A stretch of 61,473 nt of DNA, the filler included, from Candidatus Babelota bacterium (GTDB lineage Bacteria > JAGOBX01): assembly GCA_017999075.1 (NCBI GenBank). It is 8 parts of 8 records of this genome, joined end to end, with 100 filler letters (N's around TTAATTAATTAA, not from the genome) between each part and the next. Parts side by side here need not be neighbours in the genome. Positions count along the whole stretch, not along the records: positions 51,241 to 56,313 come from JAGOBX010000301.1; positions 56,414 to 61,473 come from JAGOBX010000302.1; 6 more parts are not named here. The stretch is one strand, 5' to 3'. Below, piece by piece: positions 51,241 through 59,700 of this stretch. The notes below the pieces were generated by a model. The model saw only the letters and a program-made list of their open reading frames with translations, had not been told where the DNA came from and searched no databases. Position 1 is the first letter of the stretch. The number at the start of each line of letters is the position of its first letter. The position numbers were made by a program, and so were the translations under genes.

Positions 51241-53634
51241 CCTGTATCAATATCTATAATTACTACTGATGATATTAAAATGTATGGAGCGCAAAGTATT
51301 GCCGAAGTTCTCCGAATGGTTCCTGGCGTGTATGTTCAGGAGACAACCGGCGGCCAGCAGGATGTGGCAATACGCGGTATGACGAACGGACCGAAAAATG
51401 CCGGAGCATTCTCATCATATTCAAGAAACATACTTGTCATGATTGACGGCCGTTCATATTTCAATGATATTTTCGGAGGAACATTCTGGGAATTTCTGCC
51501 AATAACAGTTGACGACATTGATAGAATAGAAGTTGTCCGCGGGCCTGCGTCCGCACTGTTCGGCGCTAATGCGGTAACAGGCGTAGTCAACATCATAACA
51601 AAAAATTTCAAAAAAACCGACGGTTTTTATTTTTCTTCAAGCATAGGCCTGAACGCTCTGAAGCCGTCTGATATTGACAACGGTAATTATGGTAATTTAA
51701 CTACAATTCGGTTCGGAAAGGAAAATGAAAAATTTTCTTACCGCATCGGCGCTGAATTCTCAAAAAAAACAATTTTTGACAATCAATCATATAACCATTC
51801 ATACAAGAGGTTCGAATCAGGCAGACAATCGCTTTTAGCTGATGCTGCGAAAAATTTTCCGTCAAACCCAGATTTTCCGAGTGCGGACAATAACTCCCTT
51901 AAAACATACAGAATTTCAGCTTTTATGAGTTACAATATTAATAAACAGTCAAGTTTAAGTTTGCAGTTCGGCAGAAGCGAAGGCAGCGCTAATCTTACAG
52001 GCACTTCAGGCGACCTGATGATTTCAAATTATGATAATATTGAAAATAATGTTATCAAGTTAAATTATCAGTTAAATGATTTGAAAATATCCTTTTCAAA
52101 CATATTCGGTATATTAGGCGAACATTCGAGTTTTGCGGACAGCAATGAAGAGGAACAGGATGGGATGGATTGGACATCTTACGACATTGATGTTCAGAAC
52201 ATTTTCAAAATTTCAAAGAAAGACATACTTGTTGCCGGCATAAACTGGCGAAAAGCTGAGAGCAGTTCAGACGGTGTTTATTTCCGGGATAAAAACGAAA
52301 AATCACAGCGTTTTATAGCAGGTTTTTTAAATAATGAGTTATCTATCACGGATAATCTGAAATGGATTTTAGGCGGAAGATACGATAAATTCGACACGCC
52401 TGACAAAGATAAATTTTCGCCGCAATCAATATTATTCTACAAACCTAAAGACAACCATACATTCCGTTTCATATATTCGCAGGCAATCCGCGCGCCATTC
52501 ATAGCTGATTTATTCACAAACGCCCAATTTTCTGCCGGTGATTATATTATTCCTCAAGCTGATTCAGCTCCGATTATTATGCTCAGCCCCAATGAAAATC
52601 TCAATCCTGTAGGAATCAAATCATTTGAAATAGCTTATTCTACAGTATTAAAAAATAAGATAAATCTTGATTTCAGTGTATATCATTATGAAGTTGAAGA
52701 TATGATAGGTTATATAAACGCAGTTTCAGGCGACAGTTTAATTTTTGGTCCAGGCATTATTGGCGGGACAGCATTTCCGACTTCAAAATCAAATGCTGCA
52801 GCTACTGATCTGAAAGCCGTGAACTTAGACGGCAAACTCAAATCAGACGGATTTGAAATGGGTTTAAATTATAACATAAATAAAAACACAAGATTATGGA
52901 GCAATTATTCTTATCAGAATTCTAAATTTCAGGACATTCATTCGAAATCCGTGCCTGCGCATCTCGCATCTTTCGGCGGTCACAAATCTTATAAAAACGG
53001 CTGGACATTATCAGGGTCAATCAATTATGTCAGTTCTTCGCGTATTGAAATAACAAATGTGATGGATCAGACACTTGCGCAGATAAACAAAGATCTTGCG
53101 GCAGATCCGATTGCTTTTATAACCCAGGCGCAGACAGGCGCTGATATTTACAAGCAGAAATATTTGAATGACGGCGCTTATTTATACAATACGCTTGGCG
53201 GCGCTGACTTGGGCGCTGCTGCAAACCCGACTTTAGCAGCAATTCTTGATTCTGCCCTTGGCGGCGGAGGAACGCTTATCGCTCCTTTAACTGCTGCGTT
53301 GAATGCTACAGGAGTATCTTCTGATAAAGTTTCCTTCATTCTGGCGAGTAGCAGTGTTACTGCTGCTGCTGCCGGTTTGTCAGCAAGCAACGGCGCTGCT
53401 CTATTGTCCGCGCGCGGGGTCAATGGCGAACTTTATAAATACAGCGCTGCGCAAGTAAGCGTCCAGGAAACTGAAGATTATTGTTTCATAAATTTAAAAG
53501 CAGCAAAAAAAATATTCAACGACAACGGCGAATTTGCATTATCAGCAAGTTTAAGACCGGACAAACGCCAGTATGCATTCGGTGAAAAAACAGGCGATAA
53601 ATATTTCGTAACATTCAACTATAAATTTAAATAA
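51241..53634 (+). CDS. TonB-dependent outer-membrane receptor, 5'-truncated
   Basis: Frame open from the contig edge (PVSISIIT); plug motifs LRMVPG, IRG, VMIDG, IDRIEVVRGPASALFGANA; beta-strand C-terminus FNYKF. Confidence 0.92.
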   Translation, partial: PVSISIITTDDIKMYGAQSIAEVLRMVPGVYVQETTGGQQDVAIRGMTNGPKNAGAFSSYSRNILVMIDGRSYFNDIFGGTFWEFLPITVDDIDRIEVVRGPASALFGANAVTGVVNIITKNFKKTDGFYFSSSIGLNALKPSDIDNGNYGNLTTIRFGKENEKFSYRIGAEFSKKTIFDNQSYNHSYKRFESGRQSLLADAAKNFPSNPDFPSADNNSLKTYRISAFMSYNINKQSSLSLQFGRSEGSANLTGTSGDLMISNYDNIENNVIKLNYQLNDLKISFSNIFGILGEHSSFADSNEEEQDGMDWTSYDIDVQNIFKISKKDILVAGINWRKAESSSDGVYFRDKNEKSQRFIAGFLNNELSITDNLKWILGGRYDKFDTPDKDKFSPQSILFYKPKDNHTFRFIYSQAIRAPFIADLFTNAQFSAGDYIIPQADSAPIIMLSPNENLNPVGIKSFEIAYSTVLKNKINLDFSVYHYEVEDMIGYINAVSGDSLIFGPGIIGGTAFPTSKSNAAATDLKAVNLDGKLKSDGFEMGLNYNINKNTRLWSNYSYQNSKFQDIHSKSVPAHLASFGGHKSYKNGWTLSGSINYVSSSRIEITNVMDQTLAQINKDLAADPIAFITQAQTGADIYKQKYLNDGAYLYNTLGGADLGAAANPTLAAILDSALGGGGTLIAPLTAALNATGVSSDKVSFILASSSVTAAAAGLSASNGAALLSARGVNGELYKYSAAQVSVQETEDYCFINLKAAKKIFNDNGEFALSASLRPDKRQYAFGEKTGDKYFVTFNYKFK

Positions 53635-53781
53635 AATACTTATTACTCAACTTTCGAGGTTTATGAAGTTGTTTATTGGTTGAAAAAAGTTGTTGAAAAT
53701 TGTTAAAAAAATAAAATTATTAACATTGTGTATATATTCTGAACTGTTTCCAGAAATAAAATTTTATAGGAGAAAACATCT

Positions 53782-55842
53782 ATGTTTACAATCTTAAAAA
53801 TTATAACAAAAAAAATATTATTTTATTGTCTTTTTATTTTTATTTCAGTATATCAGGTTTCAGGGTATGAAATAAAAAATTTGTCTTACGAAACAGGTCA
53901 GGACAAAATTTCATCTTTTGTTTCAACAAAAATTCCGGGTAAAATAATAGTAAAAATTCATGATGATTTTAAAAAACCTGTTAGAGATATCCCAGTATAT
54001 TTTTCATTGGTTTCAAAACCTTCAAAAGCCGAAGGGCAAACTATTGAAGACACGTTTGTTTTAACCGGCAGTAACGGCATAGCATCAACAAATTTTATTA
54101 CAGGCAATAAAACAGGTAATTACAATATCATAGTAACTTCGCCTCAAATTCCGGAAAAAATTGTTTCAATAAAAATAGAAGCGAAAAAAAAATTATGGGG
54201 ATTAGAATTACTTTTCGGATTATTGGGAGGATTAGCGTTATTCCTATACGGAATGAAATTAATGGGAGACAGTTTGATTAAACTTGGCGGAACAAAAATG
54301 TCAAAAATAATGAATGTATTGACTTCAAACAGATTTATGGGAGTTTTTGTAGGAACTTTTGTAACACTTGTAGTTCAGTCAAGTTCAGCTACAACTGTAA
54401 TGGTTGTCGGACTAATCAATGCTCAAATGATGTCTCTTGCTCAATCAATAGGCATTATTCTCGGAGCTAATATCGGAACTACTATAACAGCTCAAATTAT
54501 TGCATTTAAACTTACCGATTACTCGCTTTTATTTATTGCCATCGGTTTTTCACTAATGCTTCTTAGCAAAAACAAAAAAAAAATAATTATAGGTGAAATA
54601 ATACTTGGGTTCGGTATTCTGTTTTACGGAATAGATATTATGTCCAGAGTTATGGAACCCATCAGATCTTATCAGCCGTTCATCCAAATGATGCAGCAGA
54701 TGGAAAATCCATTGAAAGGCGTAATTGTCGGATTTGTGTTTACTGCCCTGATTCAATCTTCAAGTGCTGCTACTGGAGTATTTATCGCACTCTCATTTCA
54801 GGGATTATTAACATTAAAAGGAGCCATTCCATTAACATTCGGAGCTAACATAGGAACTTGCGCAACAGCAATTTTAGCTTCATTAAACGCAAACCGCGAA
54901 GCCAAACGGGCTGCTCTGGCGCATATTTTATTCAATATAATAAGCACGGTTATTTTTCTTCCGTTCCTTGACTGGTATCAAAAAATTATAGAGTATATTT
55001 CATATTCAAATCATATCTCCGCTGTTTCCACTGAAGATATTATAACTTATGTTCCACGTCAGATTGCAAACGCTCATTCTATTGCAAAAATAATTGCAGT
55101 CATATTATTTTTGCCTTTAACTAATCATCTCGCCAGATTATGTGAAAAACTTATGCCTGTCAAACCTGAAAAAGATGCAGATAAATATAAACCGAAATAT
55201 CTGGATAAATCTGCCATGATGCTGCCTACAGTAGCTCTTCAATCTGCTAAACAGGAAATATTGCGTATGGCGTTTTCAGTAAAAAAAATGCTGGATCTTT
55301 CAATTGAAACAATTGAAAAAAGAAATGAAGAAACTATTGATACTGTAATTAATATTGACAATAAAATTGATTCTTTGAATCATTCCATCAGAGATTATCT
55401 TGTGAAAATTGCTCAAAATCCGTTATCTCCAGAAGATTCAAAATCCCAAATGTCTTTCATGTATCTAATTTCAAACATTGAACATATCGGTGATATAATA
55501 AGTCATGACATTATGAATTTAAGCAGGAAATTAATTAATAAAAATATTTCATTGCCCGCTGAAGAATATAAAACAATTCTGGACCAGCATAAATTTATAT
55601 CAGAGAATTTTACCATTCTTTTTGAAAGTTTTAAAGACGGCCATGAAAATATGTCTGAAAAAATTATAAAAAATAAAAACGAGCTGATAAAAAACGAAAA
55701 TGAAATGCGCAGACTTCATTTCATAAATATTAATAACAAACCTCAGGGGATCACTCCGATTTACCTTGACTTGATTCAGGCATATCATTCGGTTTACAGC
55801 GGATTAAGTTCTTGCGCATATATAATGAAAGGAGAATTTTAA
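53782..55842 (+). CDS. Na+/Pi cotransporter (NptA/YjbB family) with N-terminal Ig-like domain and C-terminal PhoU-like domain
   Basis: GGLALFLYGM, two QSSSA motifs, GANIGT twice, EHIGD. Confidence 0.9.
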   Translation: MFTILKIITKKILFYCLFIFISVYQVSGYEIKNLSYETGQDKISSFVSTKIPGKIIVKIHDDFKKPVRDIPVYFSLVSKPSKAEGQTIEDTFVLTGSNGIASTNFITGNKTGNYNIIVTSPQIPEKIVSIKIEAKKKLWGLELLFGLLGGLALFLYGMKLMGDSLIKLGGTKMSKIMNVLTSNRFMGVFVGTFVTLVVQSSSATTVMVVGLINAQMMSLAQSIGIILGANIGTTITAQIIAFKLTDYSLLFIAIGFSLMLLSKNKKKIIIGEIILGFGILFYGIDIMSRVMEPIRSYQPFIQMMQQMENPLKGVIVGFVFTALIQSSSAATGVFIALSFQGLLTLKGAIPLTFGANIGTCATAILASLNANREAKRAALAHILFNIISTVIFLPFLDWYQKIIEYISYSNHISAVSTEDIITYVPRQIANAHSIAKIIAVILFLPLTNHLARLCEKLMPVKPEKDADKYKPKYLDKSAMMLPTVALQSAKQEILRMAFSVKKMLDLSIETIEKRNEETIDTVINIDNKIDSLNHSIRDYLVKIAQNPLSPEDSKSQMSFMYLISNIEHIGDIISHDIMNLSRKLINKNISLPAEEYKTILDQHKFISENFTILFESFKDGHENMSEKIIKNKNELIKNENEMRRLHFININNKPQGITPIYLDLIQAYHSVYSGLSSCAYIMKGEF

Positions 55843-55861
55843 CCAAATACAATCGGATAAT

Positions 55862-55904
55862 GGGAATGTTTCCAAATATATAAATATATTTTGGAAACAG
55901 TTCC
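55862..55904 (+). repeat. Internally deleted MITE-like copy forming a hairpin between convergent genes
   Basis: GGGAATGTTTCCAAA-TATATAAATATA-TTTTGGAAACAGTTCC. Confidence 0.75.
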
Positions 55905-55971
55905 TCACTCGGATAATTTAAAAATAAAATTTGGTAATAAATAATTTTTTAAACTTTTAAAACTGGTTATC

Positions 55972-56313
55972 TTATCTTGCAAGTTCAAGAGCTTTATTAA
56001 ACATAGCTTTAGCAGATTTAATTGTAGTTATATTTGCTTCGTAAGCGCGCGTAGCAGTTATCATATCAACCATTTCAGATACAACATTTACATTCGGAAA
56101 TTCTACATATCCGATTTTAGAGGCCAATTTATCAAACTCTTCGGCTGACAAATCAGCATATTGTTCTTTTCTTGTTCCATCTTCATTAAAAAAATCCGAA
56201 TATTTAAATGAATCAGGATGATCCGGATTATAAACAAGTCTCATAGGATTTTTTTTATCTTCAACAATATCAACTACACGAACGCCGGTTCCTGCAAGTT
56301 CATATAAATCACT
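55972..56313 (-). CDS. flgC: Flagellar proximal rod protein, 5'-truncated
   Basis: GVRVVDIVED..YNPDHPD...GYVEFPNVNVVSEMVDMITATRAYEAN; frame open to the contig edge. Confidence 0.92.
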   Translation of the reverse strand, partial: SDLYELAGTGVRVVDIVEDKKNPMRLVYNPDHPDSFKYSDFFNEDGTRKEQYADLSAEEFDKLASKIGYVEFPNVNVVSEMVDMITATRAYEANITTIKSAKAMFNKALELAR

Positions 56314-56413
56314 NNNNNNNNNNNNNNNNNNNNNNNNNNNNNNNNNNNNNNNNNNNNTTAATTAATTAANNNNNNNNNNNNNNNNNNNNNNNNNNNNNNN
56401 NNNNNNNNNNNNN
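56314..56413. other. Artificial contig linker
   Basis: N44-TTAATTAATTAA-N44. Confidence 0.98.
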
Positions 56414-56529
56414 CTCCTTAAATTTCAACTTTCAACAATAATTAGAGATTATTTTTTGTTTTTTGTTCAAGATTATTTTTCAAAAAATAAAAATAGCAAA
56501 TTTTGTTCTTAAAAATAAAACATTATTAT

Positions 56530-56655
56530 GGAACTGTTTACAAAATATATTTATATATTTTTTTATAAAATAAACTCATTGTTTATCAATATATAAATTT
56601 TGTAAAAAATTGCAGAACTGCCAGAATGACGGAAATGCCATTTGGAAACATTCCC
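56530..56655 (-). mobile_element. Putative MITE, 126 bp, longest copy
   Basis: Imperfect terminal inverted repeats GGAACTGTTTACAAA / TTTGGAAACATTCCC; flanked by ATTAT on both sides; no coding capacity; related copies on other contigs. Confidence 0.6.
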
Positions 56656-56790
56656 ATTATATGTGGAAAAATTCCATTGATTAGAAAAATTAATATTTTT
56701 TTGAGAATTGAAGATTTATCTGCGTTCCTGCTAGTGTCCTATAAAATATTGTAAAAAATACGATAGGTAAAAAATAAAACAGCAATTATA

Positions 56791-59700
56791 TTATTTAAAA
56801 TAATTATTCTTTAAAAAAGCCTTTTCATGAAAACCTGTAATATTATCTCCGTCAATGTCATATTCCTGATTTATATTCCCATAATATTTTCTCAAAAATG
56901 CGGCATCTTTTGCATTAATATATCCATCTTTAAAAAAATCTCCTGCAGTTAAACTAACGGTTTCTAATATTGTATCGGAATCAATATAAGTTACAAAAAT
57001 TTCTTCTTTATACCCTGTTCTGAAATATTTAAATACATAAGTATCATGATAATGCAAAGTAACACTATAATATCCGGTATCTCCAGTTACAACTGATTGA
57101 GTTTCCATACCATTATATATTAAAACGTTAATTCCGGAATCAATGGAATTTCCCTGCCTGTCAACTATTCCTGAAATGTGGTATGCAAAAGATTCGGATA
57201 AAGTTGTTCCGCTGTCCTCTGTCCCAAAATTTCCTTCCAGTTTCCAGTCAGAATCAATCCCTGAATCCATTCCTGTTATTCTATAATAATACGTCGTCAA
57301 TGGTAATAATCCGCTGTCAATAAAAAATGTATCGTAAGAAGAAATTGTATATTTGCATTCATATCCGCTGTCTCTTTCTGTTGTTCTATAAATTTTCCAA
57401 ATATAGCTGTCAAATCCGTCAGAATCAGAATTAGCATTAAAAGTTATTAAAACAGAAGTATCTGAATATCCATAAACATTATAATTCAGCGGAGGATTAG
57501 GCCTTCCTGACCAATCTATTTCAATTGTATCTGATGTTTCAAGATATAATTTTCTGTTTATGCTATTTGATGAATTTGACACTGTTCTATTTGGATCAGG
57601 TTCCCATGCCCCATCAATAAAAAATTTATATTGCATACCGTCTGTAATTCCTTTCAGCCAGATAACCCACGTGTCAGTCTCTTCAATTTTACGCAGTCTA
57701 TAAGAATCTGAAAGTTCCCATGAATTAATTTCTCCCCGAAAATATATACTGTCTGCAGAATGAGTAGAATCATAATATAAAAATTCATGTTCCGCATTTT
57801 CTTCATATATCAACCTGTTCACTCTTAATTTATATCCATATTCAACTGAAGAAGCTATTGATAAGGCGCATCCCCATCTTCCGTCTGATAACTTCAATAA
57901 TTGATTATTATAATTCCACTCATTAAAGTCTCCACCGATCTCTACAGTATCAGCATCAAATCCTATATCCGCTATTATCAATGCTGTTGACATATTTAAT
58001 GGTCTGCCATATTTTAACTCACTGAACCTGCCAGTATTTCCAGAACCGTCCTCTACATAAATATAATAAAAATACAGTGAATCATTATTTAATCCGCTAT
58101 GAACATAAACATTTGTATTGACTGAAACATTTGCAGCAGTCAAAATATTCATTGTATCTTCAGCAGTAATATATTTTATTATAACAGTTTCTGCATCTTC
58201 AATTTTATTAATTAACGTCGTATCCCACGATACCTGTATTTTATCTATATCTATAGGAGTAACAGTAATTCCAACAAAATTTAAAGGAGTATCCTCCCAA
58301 TTTTTATATTCAATCACATCGTTTTGCAAAATGCTGATTTCTCTTAAAGCTGATGTTGTAGGCAATGCGTCTATTCCGAGATAAGAATTCCCATTTTTGC
58401 CAATAGGGTTATACGGATCAAGGTACCAGTCTGTACCGTTCACAACAAATTTATATTCATATCTTCCGGCATTCAGAAGTTTTGAACCTCTCCAATATCC
58501 ATCTGTATCTAAAGTTAAATTTACAGAACCTACCCATCCATCCCAGTCTCCTCTAACCGAAATATTTGAATATGATTGACTATGAGGATGCACAAATAAA
58601 TATTTATATGAATTTGAATATGGATATTCATAAACCGTGTCTCCTGCCGAAGAATATAAAAATTTATATGAAACATCAGTATTCTTTGACAATACAAAAG
58701 TGCACGTATAAACCGAACTTGTTCCGATTTTACTCATTTGATACTGATTCCACCCGCTGATACCCAAATCAGAGCTTCCTATATAAACAGTATCAACATT
58801 ATATATTCCCCTCATATCTACTGTAAAATTAATTCTTACGCTTGTACAATTTACCGTTATAGTGTCCCATGCGTCAGGATTAATTCCTCCTCCGCCGCTG
58901 TCTATATAAACACTTATATAATTCGTTTCAGGATTTGTTGTTAGTGAGACAGGGCACGAGAAAAAAACCGAATCTGAAAGAGTTAAAATAATCGTAGAAC
59001 AATTTATATTATTAACAAAAATTTTCACTGTATATCCGGGATATGCGTTTGACATTGTTCCGCCGACTGTTATTTCAACTGCTGATGTATCAATTTTAAC
59101 AGGGGTGGTTGTTGGATAAGTGAACGAAATCGAAGCTGGTCCGCTTACGCTTGCTCCGCCGCTGATAGTATTTATTATTATAGTATCAAATTCTGTAATT
59201 TGTATAAGCGGACCCGAATCTTCATCAAAAGATTTAACAGAATATTCGGGTAATAATAACTTAAAAGTCGATCCTGAGTCTGTTGTAGTTTTTGTTTTAA
59301 CAGTTATTACAAAATAGTTGCCTGTATCATAATTCGAAAAATTATAGTGTAATAAATCATTAACCCACGAACTGCCGGATAAATTAAGACATCCTACAAA
59401 AGTATCTGATAAAGATTCATAATTTCCTAAAATATTTCCATCTTCATATAAAGAAATATAATCTATTGACGACGAATCCAAATTCCCTTCATTTGATATT
59501 TTAAATAATATCAGTGTATCCCCGGCTATGGTATCGCCAATAATAAAAACTGAACCTGCAGTAAATGTGTCTCCTGCTAAAGCAGTATCTTGACTAATAT
59601 CTATACCTTTCAAAACTGTCACGCTATCATATTCTGCGCCTATCCACCAATGAGATAAATGCTGAACAGGTATCGATAATAGAGAATTAATCATTGATAA

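Noticed and set aside
53668-53726. GTTGAAAA/TGTTAA repeats as a Pho box upstream of the Na/Pi transporter
   Set aside because: Spacing is irregular (13 and 10 nt) and the sequence is low-complexity.
25070-56413. Regularly spaced TTAATTAATTAA palindromes about every 5.2 kb
   Set aside because: Each sits in the centre of an N-run. They are artificial linkers between contigs of decreasing length (5146, 5120, 5115, 5100, 5090, 5073 bp), so cross-linker gene adjacency is meaningless.
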